This document shows positions 17,036 to 25,216 of a DNA stretch of 42,523 bases, piece by piece. Position 1 is the stretch's first letter; each line of letters starts with the position of its first letter. The notes beneath the pieces are model-generated. The model saw only the letters and a program-made list of their open reading frames with translations, had not been told where the DNA came from and did not search any database. The stretch spans positions 1 through 42,523 of the forward strand of contig JBNKMC010000001.1 in the NCBI GenBank assembly GCA_050292865.1. Reading direction: 5' to 3'. The DNA is from Minisyncoccia bacterium (GTDB taxonomy: Bacteria > Patescibacteriota > Minisyncoccia > Phycocordibacterales > UBA918). The translations under genes were made by a program, and so were the position numbers.

Positions 17036-17080
17036 TTAGAAAAAAGAGCCTGCGGGGGCTCTTTTTCTTTTAGAACAACA
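17036..17080 (+). repeat. Direct repeat copy B: relic of the rpsI 3' end plus a terminator-like hairpin
   Basis: TGGTAAAGCGTTAGAAAAAAGAGCCTGCGGGGGCTCTTTTTCTTT. It shares TGGT and a 21-nt identical run, AAAGCGTTAGAAAAAAGAGCC, with copy A. One C is deleted and the loop differs. Confidence 0.85.
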
Positions 17081-17136
17081 TGAAATTTGTCATTCCTGCG
17101 CAGGCAGGAATCCAGTGAAATCATGATTACCTTGGA

Positions 17137-17171
17137 CCACCAAAAAACCGCCAGAGGCGGTTTTTTGGTGG
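17137..17171. terminator. Bidirectional intrinsic terminator
   Basis: CCACCAAAAAACCGCC AGA GGCGGTTTTTTGGTGG, with A-run and T-run on both sides of the GC core. Confidence 0.7.
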
Positions 17172-17198
17172 TTCTATCTTAGGTTGGTTATTTGCTAC

Positions 17199-17369
17199 TC
17201 ACATAGGTTCTGACCGAAGCCAAGGAACCCACCCTCCGGAGCATAAGACCATTAAGGCCTCAGCAATTTCATCGTGAGAAAGACTAGAACCGGTCTCTCC
17301 ATCTAGACAACCGCCTCTTGCGAAGCTGCCACCTAGTAACCCGACCAGAAAGATGATCGTGTGTGACAT
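17199..17369 (-). CDS. Candidate small secreted/membrane peptide (56 aa)
   Basis: Internal ATG of track ORF 17199..17507. The N-terminus MSHTIIFLVGLLGGSFARGGC is signal-peptide-like. The bidirectional terminator lies just downstream on the minus strand. There is no strong SD. Confidence 0.3.
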   Translation of the reverse strand: MSHTIIFLVGLLGGSFARGGCLDGETGSSLSHDEIAEALMVLCSGGWVPWLRSEPM

Positions 17370-17547
17370 CTTTCTATAACATCCCACTTCATTACTGAAG
17401 CGGTATGTATATTGTATCAAACATAGGAAGGGGATTATAAAAAAGAACACATATTTAATAAAAAGACAAATATGTTTATAAATAAGGACACCGCGGCATT
17501 TACACAACCTTTACACAGCAACTGATTACAGATATAATGCAGTAGAC

Positions 17548-18117
17548 ATGGATAAAAAAGAAAATAATCTGCCCGAGTCAGAGATAGAATTCACCGGCGA
17601 CGACAACACAGAAGAGGCAGAAATTATCGAAGAAGAAGAAAATCAAAAAGATAAAATTTCATCATTAAAAGCAAAATTAAAAGCTTGCGAAGAAGAAAAA
17701 CGTAACAACTTAGAAGATCTGCAGCGAACCAAAGCAGACTTTCTAAACTCAAAGAAGCGGCTAGAGGAACAGAGTAAAGCCAATACGGAAAATGCTCTTA
17801 ATAAATTCCTGACTTCTTTGCTTCCAATGTGCGATAGCTTCGACATGGCTATGTCCGACAGTGCCGCCTGGGAAGCAATCGATGCCAACTGGCGTAAGGG
17901 TGTGGAGGGCATTAGAAGCCAACTCACTTCAATTCTCAAACAACACGAGGTGATAGAAATTACTGCACTTGGAGAACACTTCGACCCAAACCGTCACGAA
18001 GCCATGTCTACCGCAGATGAAGGTAAAGATTCTGACACAGTGATACAAGTATTACAAAAAGGCTATGAACGAAACGGTGTCATTATCAGACCAGCTAAAG
18101 TAATTATTCAAAACTAA
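17548..18117 (+). CDS. grpE: Nucleotide exchange factor GrpE
   Basis: Acidic N-terminus, coiled coil, FDPNRHEA and RPAKV motifs. Confidence 0.92.
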   Translation: MDKKENNLPESEIEFTGDDNTEEAEIIEEEENQKDKISSLKAKLKACEEEKRNNLEDLQRTKADFLNSKKRLEEQSKANTENALNKFLTSLLPMCDSFDMAMSDSAAWEAIDANWRKGVEGIRSQLTSILKQHEVIEITALGEHFDPNRHEAMSTADEGKDSDTVIQVLQKGYERNGVIIRPAKVIIQN

Positions 18118-18133
18118 TACAATTTAAGTAATT

Positions 18134-20035
18134 ATGTCTAAAATACTAGGAATTGACCTTGGTACCACCAACTCAGCAATGGCTATCATTGAAGCTGGTG
18201 AACCAACTATCATAGAAAATGCCGAAGGCAATCGAACCACTCCGTCGGTTGTTGCTATTTCAAAAAAAGGAGAACGTCTTGTTGGACAGATTGCTAAGCG
18301 ACAAGCGGTTACCAACCCACAAAATACCATCTATGGTATTAAGCGCTTCATGGGTCACAACTACGAAGACGCAGCTGTACAGCGCGACAAGGAGGTTGTA
18401 CCATACGAGGTAAAGAAGGGAGAAGATGGTGGCGTTATCGTCCACCTAGGAGAGAAAGACATGCGTCCAGAAGAAGTTTCTGCCATGATTCTTTCAAAAC
18501 TTAAAGCAGACGCTGAAGCCAAGACTGGTGAGAAGATTACCGAAGCGGTTATTACCGTACCGGCATACTTCAACGACTCACAGCGTAAAGCAACACAAGA
18601 CGCCGGAAAGATTGCTGGCCTAGAAGTAAAGCGTATCATCAACGAACCAACCGCAGCCGCACTTGCATACGGCTTCAACCGCAAGAAAGACGAAAAGATT
18701 GTGGTATACGACTTCGGTGGTGGTACCTTTGACGTGACTGTCCTTGAAGTAGGCGACGATGTGGTAGAGGTGCAATCAACCGATGGTGATGCACACATGG
18801 GTGGCCGTGATATCGACCATCAAATCGTGCGATTCCTGATCGATGAATTCAAGAAGGAAGAGGGAATTGACCTCAGCAAAGACCCGCTGGCTTTGCAGCG
18901 TCTTGACGACGAGGCTGAAAAGGCCAAGAAAGAACTTTCAAGTTCTGGCGAAACTGAAATCAACATTCCATTTATTGCCAATGTCGACGGTGCGCCAAAG
19001 AACCTTCTTATCAATCTCACTCGTGCCAAGCTCGAGGAACTCGCACACGAATATATAGACCGCTCAATCGAAATCACCAAACGTGCTATCGAAGCATCTT
19101 CATTCTCTAAAGAGGAAATCGATGAGATCATCATGGTGGGTGGTCAGACTCGTATGCCTGCTGTCGTCGCTGCCGTGAAGGAACTCTTTGGTAAAGAGCC
19201 AAACAAGAGCATCAACCCAGACGAGGTGGTTGCACAAGGTGCGGCTATTCAGGCTGGTATCTTCCAAGGCGATGTGCAGGACATTACCCTGGTGGACGTG
19301 ATTCCACTTTCACTCGGTATCGAAACCATGGGTGGTGTAGCAACCAAGCTGATTGAGAAGAACACACATATCCCAACCAGCAAGAGCCAAATCTTCTCAA
19401 CCGCGGCTGACAACCAGACTTCGACTGAGATTCACATTACACAAGGTGAGCGACCTATGGCAACCGACAACAAGTCACTTGGTCGCTTCGTGCTCGATGG
19501 TATTCCACCAGCACCACGCGGTGTACCGCAGGTTGAAGTAACCTTCGACGTAGACAGCAACGGTGTTCTTAATGTAAAGGCAACCGACAAATCTACTGGC
19601 AAAGAGCAGTCTATTCGCATAGAAGCCAACTCTGGACTGTCTGATGAGGATATCGAAAAGATGAAGCAAGACGCAGAAGCCAATGCAGACGCTGACAAGC
19701 AGAAGCAGGAGCTGATTGAAGTACGCAACATGGCTGACCAAATGATCTACACTGCCGAAAAAGCCGTGAAGGACCACGGAGAAGCAGCTGGTGAAGATGT
19801 GGTAAAGGCTATCAATGAAAAGATTGCTGCCGTGAAAGAGGTGAAAGACAAGGAAGATAAAGAAGCCATCAAGACAGCCTCTGAAGCACTTTCAACCGAG
19901 ATGCAGAAAATTGGTGAGGTGATGCAACAAGCAGCGCAAGCTGCAAACACCGCCGAAGGTGGTCAAGAAACACCTAAAGACGCCAACGCAGACGTACGCG
20001 ACGCAGAAGTAACAGAGGAGGATAAGAAAGACTAA
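18134..20035 (+). CDS. dnaK: Molecular chaperone DnaK (Hsp70)
   Basis: [26 protein letters not shown] and other Hsp70 signatures. Confidence 0.98.
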   Translation: MSKILGIDLGTTNSAMAIIEAGEPTIIENAEGNRTTPSVVAISKKGERLVGQIAKRQAVTNPQNTIYGIKRFMGHNYEDAAVQRDKEVVPYEVKKGEDGGVIVHLGEKDMRPEEVSAMILSKLKADAEAKTGEKITEAVITVPAYFNDSQRKATQDAGKIAGLEVKRIINEPTAAALAYGFNRKKDEKIVVYDFGGGTFDVTVLEVGDDVVEVQSTDGDAHMGGRDIDHQIVRFLIDEFKKEEGIDLSKDPLALQRLDDEAEKAKKELSSSGETEINIPFIANVDGAPKNLLINLTRAKLEELAHEYIDRSIEITKRAIEASSFSKEEIDEIIMVGGQTRMPAVVAAVKELFGKEPNKSINPDEVVAQGAAIQAGIFQGDVQDITLVDVIPLSLGIETMGGVATKLIEKNTHIPTSKSQIFSTAADNQTSTEIHITQGERPMATDNKSLGRFVLDGIPPAPRGVPQVEVTFDVDSNGVLNVKATDKSTGKEQSIRIEANSGLSDEDIEKMKQDAEANADADKQKQELIEVRNMADQMIYTAEKAVKDHGEAAGEDVVKAINEKIAAVKEVKDKEDKEAIKTASEALSTEMQKIGEVMQQAAQAANTAEGGQETPKDANADVRDAEVTEEDKKD

Positions 20036-20051
20036 TAGTCGACTGCTTTCA

Positions 20052-20082
20052 GTGGCCGGAAAAGCGAAGCTTTTCCGGCCAC
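20052..20082. terminator. Perfect hairpin (14-bp stem, GAA loop in a GCGAAGC core) between dnaK and dnaJ
   Basis: GTGGCCGGAAAAGC GAA GCTTTTCCGGCCAC, with no U-tract. Possibly an attenuator or processing site. Confidence 0.45.
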
Positions 20083-20107
20083 CACAAAGCAGTTCATCAA
20101 TCCCACT

Positions 20108-21205
20108 CTGGCACAACGAGACTACTACGAAACCTTGGGCATCCAAAAAGGCGCGTCAAAAGACGAGGTGAAAAAGGCTTTCCGCAAACTGGCGGCACAA
20201 TATCACCCTGACAAAAAAACCGGTGACGAAGCCAAGTTCAAGGAAATCAGCGAGGCCTATGCAGTCCTTGGTGACGACAAAAAGCGCGCCGAGTACGACA
20301 CCTACGGCCATGCCTACCAAAATGCCGGTGGCGGCGCACAGGGAGGATTTGGCGGCTTTGGTGGCGGTGGTTTCAATTGGGCAGACTTCCAACAAGCGGC
20401 TGGGCAGCAGGGTGGATTTGAATTCGATATGTCCGACCTCTTCGGTGATTTCTTCGGCGGTGGACGAGGTAGTCGCCAAAACCGCGGTCGTGATATTTCT
20501 ATCGACATCGAACTACTATTTAAAGATGCGGTCTTTGGCACCACCCGCAAGGTACTCCTGACAAAGACCAATACCTGTGATGAATGTGAGGGCACTGGTG
20601 CAAAGAAGGGCACTGAGCAGACCACTTGCAGTAGTTGTAATGGACAAGGACGCATCCGCGAGACCCGCAACACCTTCATGGGCCAGGTACAGACCGTACG
20701 CGAGTGTGACACCTGCCAGGGAAGAGGGCAGGTACCAAAAGACAAGTGCGCCAAATGTGCTGGTGCCGGTATAGCGCGTGGCGAGGAAGAGATAGAGATT
20801 AAAATTCCAGCCGGTGTCCAAAACGGCGAGATGATTCGTATGACTGCCCGCGGTGAAGCTATCACCGGCGGCACTCCAGGAGATTTGTATATAAAAATCC
20901 ACGTTAAGTCAGATGAACACATCACACGCGACGGCAACACACTGTATACAGACCTGCACGTGAAGCTTTCAGACGCATTGCTTGGCAACAGCTACCATGT
21001 TGTCACGCTCGATGGTGGTGTAGAAATCAAAATCCCAGCCGGTGTAAAACACGGTGAGCTACTCCGCATAAAAGGCAAGGGTGTACCAACCGGTTCCGGT
21101 ACTACTCGTGGCGACTTCATGGTCAAGATCCATATCGACCTCCCACAAAAACTTTCCCGCAAAGCTAAGAAGTTAATAGAAGAACTCAAAGTGGAAGGTA
21201 TTTAA
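20108..21205 (+). CDS. dnaJ: Molecular chaperone DnaJ. The likely start is non-canonical CTG at 20108; the first ATG/GTG/TTG is TTG at 20135.
   Basis: J-domain with HPD (YHPDKK), G/F-rich region, and four CxxCxGxG zinc-finger repeats. The conserved RDYYETLGI lies upstream of the first canonical start. Confidence 0.85.
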   Translation: MAQRDYYETLGIQKGASKDEVKKAFRKLAAQYHPDKKTGDEAKFKEISEAYAVLGDDKKRAEYDTYGHAYQNAGGGAQGGFGGFGGGGFNWADFQQAAGQQGGFEFDMSDLFGDFFGGGRGSRQNRGRDISIDIELLFKDAVFGTTRKVLLTKTNTCDECEGTGAKKGTEQTTCSSCNGQGRIRETRNTFMGQVQTVRECDTCQGRGQVPKDKCAKCAGAGIARGEEEIEIKIPAGVQNGEMIRMTARGEAITGGTPGDLYIKIHVKSDEHITRDGNTLYTDLHVKLSDALLGNSYHVVTLDGGVEIKIPAGVKHGELLRIKGKGVPTGSGTTRGDFMVKIHIDLPQKLSRKAKKLIEELKVEGI

Positions 21206-21264
21206 AAGTAAGAGACCAGGTCTCCTACTTGCTACGCAAGTTGGAGACCTGGTCTCTTACTTTT
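21204..21264. terminator. 61-nt palindrome (29-nt arms with one mismatch, TAC loop) directly after dnaJ
   Basis: AAAAGTAAGAGACCAGGTCTCCTACTTGC TAC GCAAGTTGGAGACCTGGTCTCTTACTTTT. Confidence 0.55.
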
Positions 21265-21283
21265 CCGCAACTACACGTAGTAT

Positions 21284-21733
21284 ATGCCTATGCCCCGCCA
21301 ATCAACCCAATTCGACTTTGGAGACTCTCGCAAACCACAGGAAGACTTTGTGCTGCTTGAAAAAATAATCGAGGACCGAGGGAGTAGATATTCGGTGAGT
21401 TATGGGCGAGTTGAGTCGCGTCAAGAAATCAAAGGTTTCTTGACGCGACTCAAATCAGATAAGAAATACGCCAAGGCGTCTCACAACAGTTGGGCTGCCC
21501 GTGTCACCCACGAAGGAGTCGTCTACGAAACCAAAAACGACGACGGAGAAACGGGCGCAGGCATGGTCATACTCCGTGTCATGCAGAAGGAGGATGTCAC
21601 TGACTGCATCATCTGCGTCACCCGCTGGTTCGGTGGCATCAAACTAATGGGCGACCGTTTCAAACACATCCAAGACGCCACCAAACACGCCATTGAATCC
21701 GAGGGGTTTAACCCCTCGGATTCAATCAATTAA
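21284..21733 (+). CDS. YigZ/IMPACT-family protein (UPF0029 N-terminal domain)
   Basis: KGSRY-like GSRYSVSYG, ASHNSWAARV, DDGETGAGMVIL and VTRWFGGIKLMG motifs. The last 13 codons are encoded by the REP-like hairpin. Confidence 0.85.
   Translation: MPMPRQSTQFDFGDSRKPQEDFVLLEKIIEDRGSRYSVSYGRVESRQEIKGFLTRLKSDKKYAKASHNSWAARVTHEGVVYETKNDDGETGAGMVILRVMQKEDVTDCIICVTRWFGGIKLMGDRFKHIQDATKHAIESEGFNPSDSIN
21694..21724. repeat. REP-like hairpin, left copy (14-bp stem, TTA loop)
   Basis: TGAATCCGAGGGGT TTA ACCCCTCGGATTCA. Confidence 0.85.
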
Positions 21734-22335
21734 GTCTCTGTTTTTAGAATACGTCTTTCTTCAGCAATCATTTTTGCGATTTTAATACTCTCCTTCAAAT
21801 CATACTTGGTAGACTTGCTAGGTAAAATTTTTGAACAAAACAACCCTTGATAGTGAAACGAACTAGAGTAACAAATTTCGTTTGGGCGATTGATTTCGTG
21901 AACAAAATGGTTTTCATTAACATATGAAAATAAATAATTATAGTATTCATCAGTATCTATATGTATTCGTTTAAATGTGCCCTGAAAAAGCGAACCAGAC
22001 CTCTCTTCCTTATCATTAAAATACGAAGTATAGCCACCAGCAACTCGTTTCATAAACTCACTTATACCACCATCAACCAACTGCTCTAAAATAAGATGAA
22101 AATGATTTGGAAGTAGAGAATAGGCATAAACCTGCACCAAACGATCATCCAAAAGCCGTTCTTTATTTTTTGAATCTTCGAAGTTATGTGTAGGTTCAAT
22201 TGTGTTAAAAACATCTAGCGACATATAAAATCGTACGAAGTCGCTCTTCGAAGAGAAAATATTTCTCTTGTCAGTACCTCTGTTGTATACATGATATTTT
22301 TCACCACTGACTAATTCAATTACTTTCCTTGCCAT
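21730..22335 (-). CDS. IS200/RAYT-type Y1 (HUH) transposase-like protein
   Basis: HUH motif in LLPNHFHLIL, conserved QG.F (LFQGTFKR), and a Tyr-containing YVNENH motif near the C-terminal third. Confidence 0.8.
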   Translation of the reverse strand: MARKVIELVSGEKYHVYNRGTDKRNIFSSKSDFVRFYMSLDVFNTIEPTHNFEDSKNKERLLDDRLVQVYAYSLLPNHFHLILEQLVDGGISEFMKRVAGGYTSYFNDKEERSGSLFQGTFKRIHIDTDEYYNYLFSYVNENHFVHEINRPNEICYSSSFHYQGLFCSKILPSKSTKYDLKESIKIAKMIAEERRILKTET

Positions 22336-22352
22336 ACTACAAGTATAGTACC

Positions 22353-22377
22353 ATCCGAGGGGTTAAACCCCTCGGAT
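22353..22377. repeat. REP-like hairpin, right copy (11-bp stem, TAA loop), reverse complement of the left copy
   Basis: ATCCGAGGGGT TAA ACCCCTCGGAT. Confidence 0.85.
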
Positions 22378-22427
22378 TTTATCCAGAGGGTGGGGTGGGG
22401 GGATATAATTTGCAGGTCTATAATGTA

Positions 22428-22919
22428 ATGAACATGGACACAGCCACTATTATTGCTTTTTTGCAAGAATCGCTATTTTTAATTGTTGTGTTTTCTGTTT
22501 TTTTGGCCTACACCTTAAAGACCGGCAGACAAACCATTACCAACCTCATACTAGGTCTCTACTTCGCACTCTTGATATCTGTGGAATTTCCATACTACGA
22601 CAAAATACTCGGAAACACATCCAGTAAACAAAGTGAGGCGATATTGATGATTATAGTTTTCGCAACTTTCACTTTTCTCTCTACCAAACTTTTCTCTCGC
22701 ATCTTACCTAGAGAATATGACGAGAAACCCCTAGAAGCCTTCAGGAAAAAACTCCTGCTAGCTAGTGCGGCCACAGTCTTGGTAATGATATACAGCTATC
22801 ATGTATTGCCCGTCACAGATCTAGTTACTCCAGGTTCACCAATTAATTATCTCTTCGCCTCAGATCATAGCTTTTTCTGGTGGCTGATGGCGCCGTTAGC
22901 TGTTTTATTCATTGCTTAG
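22428..22919 (+). CDS. Hypothetical polytopic membrane protein
   Basis: Several hydrophobic helices. I chose the ATG at 22428 because the track start (TTG 22329) reads through the REP hairpin. Confidence 0.6.
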   Translation: MNMDTATIIAFLQESLFLIVVFSVFLAYTLKTGRQTITNLILGLYFALLISVEFPYYDKILGNTSSKQSEAILMIIVFATFTFLSTKLFSRILPREYDEKPLEAFRKKLLLASAATVLVMIYSYHVLPVTDLVTPGSPINYLFASDHSFFWWLMAPLAVLFIA

Positions 22920-22932
22920 CTCTAGTGTATAT

Positions 22933-23910
22933 ATGGAATTCGGCATATATAATTTACTTATATTTTTAACACTGCCATGGGTTATCGTTTCTTTACTATC
23001 AACAGCATGTGACGTCGGGGTCGGATTTCTTGACGAATTACTTCTACAAAAAATTGACGAGCGATCTGCAGAGGATGAAGCTGACGCCCCCACACAACTC
23101 TTACTAATGTCAGGTCTGTTTGGATTTGTGATTAGTGTAATGGTTGCATTACTTGCAACAGTGTCACCACTTACGCTCTCATTCACAATCAGTAGTCTCT
23201 ATCCTGCGTTCGCTGCAGGTGTGTTGGAAATCGCATGGTTGGTGCCGTATTTTTATGCAATACACCGCAGCGGGGCAATGACCACAACACCACTCCTGCA
23301 GACCATTCCGATCTTTTCACTCATCTTTGGAATCATTTTTTTTGCCGAGATACCGCTCTGGCAGCATGTTATAGCGGCAACATGTATTGTAATTGGTGGT
23401 TTGTTACTGAACTATTCACCATCAATGCGTGCACTGGATATAAAGACCATATATCTTATGCTTCTTGCTTCAAGCATCATCAGCTTAGGATTCTTTTTGT
23501 TTAAAGGCGCTGCAGAAATATCAAACTTCGCGACGGCTGTCTTCGGAAATGGCCTCGGAATGGGTGCCTTTAGTGTAGCCATATGGACAGTGTGGAAACC
23601 GCTTCGCCAACATTTTTTTTCTCAAATCAAAAACATTAACAACAAGATTCTTTCTCTACAAATACTAACAGAATCACTCTACGCAGCAGCAACACTCCTT
23701 AACCAACTCGCACTTGTGCTTGGACCATCGGTCATGCTTGTAAGTTCGCTTGCTGCGTTACATCCAATATTTACACTAGCGGGTGGTGCAGTACTCGCAA
23801 AATACGAGCACCTAAACTATAGTGCACAGTTTCAAGACAAGCACAATAAAATCACAAACGTGATTGGCATTATAGCAATCACGCTTGGTGCTCTCCTTAT
23901 AGCTACTTAA
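22933..23910 (+). CDS. DMT-superfamily (EamA-like) transporter-like membrane protein
   Basis: About 10 predicted TM helices in two similar halves. ATG at 22933 is preferred over TTG at 22912. Confidence 0.55.
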   Translation: MEFGIYNLLIFLTLPWVIVSLLSTACDVGVGFLDELLLQKIDERSAEDEADAPTQLLLMSGLFGFVISVMVALLATVSPLTLSFTISSLYPAFAAGVLEIAWLVPYFYAIHRSGAMTTTPLLQTIPIFSLIFGIIFFAEIPLWQHVIAATCIVIGGLLLNYSPSMRALDIKTIYLMLLASSIISLGFFLFKGAAEISNFATAVFGNGLGMGAFSVAIWTVWKPLRQHFFSQIKNINNKILSLQILTESLYAAATLLNQLALVLGPSVMLVSSLAALHPIFTLAGGAVLAKYEHLNYSAQFQDKHNKITNVIGIIAITLGALLIAT

Positions 23911-24998
23911 CTAAAATAAGACTTCAATTCACCCTTTCTACGTATGTCAGCAGTGGCACAGTGAATTGATCCACCAAATGGGTAGAAATTTCTGAAAGGA
24001 ATCGGAATCGGTTCGAAACCATGCTTTTTGAGCAACTCAATGAGTGGCGTCTCATTTTCTTCAACAATAATCCGCTTCTCGTCGAGACTCAAGAAGTTCA
24101 TCGTCAACCAATCACTTGAAAAATAAAGTGCAGAGTCATATGGCATTACCGGCTCAGGAGCTTCGATAATCTCCCAAGAGTTAAATATCTCTGGTATTTG
24201 ACTCCGTTCAACCCATGAAGGATTTATCATCAACTTACCAGGTGCGAGCGGCACTATAGTAGTATCGATATGCATTGGGTGCTCATCCCCGAACTCGACT
24301 TCGTGTACTGTAAATTCATTACCAATATGGCGTCGCACCCACTCGATTCCTTTAGTGTTTGTTACATTACTTTTTTGTACAAAGATGTCTTTGCCACATC
24401 GAGTGAAATCAGCTGCATCAAATGCAACTTCCTTTTCAGAAACCACGAACTGCCTTACACCATCAATAGTCGCTTGTTCTGGAGTATAGGAATCTCTATA
24501 GAACGCATCGTCCATGCGTGACTTAGGCGCAGCCAACCAACGGGCACCATTCTCAAAGTATTTTTCTATAAGATCTCGATAGGCAAATATTTCAAAATAA
24601 CGTGACCGCCAAGCCATTGGCGCCTCCACAATGGTGTCACCGATCGTCATGATTACATCGCGAGGCATGGCAGCATACAGACCCTGGCTACTCCACCACG
24701 GTGTAGAATACGTCTCCTCAAAATTGAGTGGGGTGGGGCGGTGAACGGTGACACCTAGATTAGTTAATACAGCAACGAGATTATCCAATTCTGCAGAAGC
24801 TTTTGCAATCATCTCTTCGGGGAATGGTTGTCCGCCATATTTTTCAAAAAACCACTTTGCATGAGATGGAGTGGTTGCTGCAAGAGCAGGATTCCAAACC
24901 GGAACAATCGCATTCTCAACCGTACCAACAATCACTTCCTCTAGAGGGTCCCACTCATTGCAAGACCAGACTTTTCCACCAACGTTCTTTTTGTTCAT
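23907..24998 (-). CDS. Amidinotransferase of the glycine amidinotransferase (AGAT) / StrB1 family
   Basis: From memory it matches AGAT closely: NEWDPLEEVIVG, LYAAMPRDV, IVEAPMAWRSRYFE, FDAADF, PMHIDT, and the catalytic-Cys motif GGSIHCAT near the C-terminus. Confidence 0.9.
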   Translation of the reverse strand: MNKKNVGGKVWSCNEWDPLEEVIVGTVENAIVPVWNPALAATTPSHAKWFFEKYGGQPFPEEMIAKASAELDNLVAVLTNLGVTVHRPTPLNFEETYSTPWWSSQGLYAAMPRDVIMTIGDTIVEAPMAWRSRYFEIFAYRDLIEKYFENGARWLAAPKSRMDDAFYRDSYTPEQATIDGVRQFVVSEKEVAFDAADFTRCGKDIFVQKSNVTNTKGIEWVRRHIGNEFTVHEVEFGDEHPMHIDTTIVPLAPGKLMINPSWVERSQIPEIFNSWEIIEAPEPVMPYDSALYFSSDWLTMNFLSLDEKRIIVEENETPLIELLKKHGFEPIPIPFRNFYPFGGSIHCATADIRRKGELKSYFS

Positions 24999-25078
24999 AT
25001 TTTATAGCAATCCCCACAACTTAACTCATTAATGTCAGTAATACTGTATCATGAAAAGTGAAATCATTACGTTGCATT

Positions 25079-25210
25079 ATGGATAAACCTTCAAAAATCC
25101 TACTGATACTTTTCCTACTACTTAGTATCGTGTCAATTTCCGCCACATACATTAAGACAATGGTCGAGTGGAATTTTATTATTATTGATGACGTAATTGA
25201 GGAAGAATAA
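25079..25210 (+). CDS. Candidate 43-aa single-TM small protein immediately upstream of the histidine kinase
   Basis: Translated by hand as MDKPSKILLILFLLLSIVSISATYIKTMVEWNFIIIDDVIEEE. The stop is 6 nt before the kinase ATG. Below the track cutoff. Confidence 0.35.
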   Translation: MDKPSKILLILFLLLSIVSISATYIKTMVEWNFIIIDDVIEEE

Positions 25211-25216
25211 TTTATT

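Larger units (their letters stand above)
21694..22377 (-). mobile_element. RAYT/IS200-like unit: a Y1 (HUH) transposase gene bracketed by two identical hairpins in inverted orientation
   Basis: Hairpins at 21694..21724 and 22353..22377 share the 11-bp stem ATCCGAGGGGT/ACCCCTCGGAT, and their loops (TTA and TAA) are reverse complements. The gene lies between them. Confidence 0.7.

Noticed and set aside
17090-17128. 12-aa ORF MKFVIPAQAGIQ over the hairpin ATTCCTGC GCA GGCAGGAAT
   Set aside because: The translation is a by-product of a small palindrome, and there are no translation signals.
20314-20988. 224-aa minus-strand ORF and other ORFs antisense to dnaJ, dnaK, the kinase and alaS
   Set aside because: They lie entirely inside confidently identified conserved genes on the opposite strand, and their translations are low-complexity.
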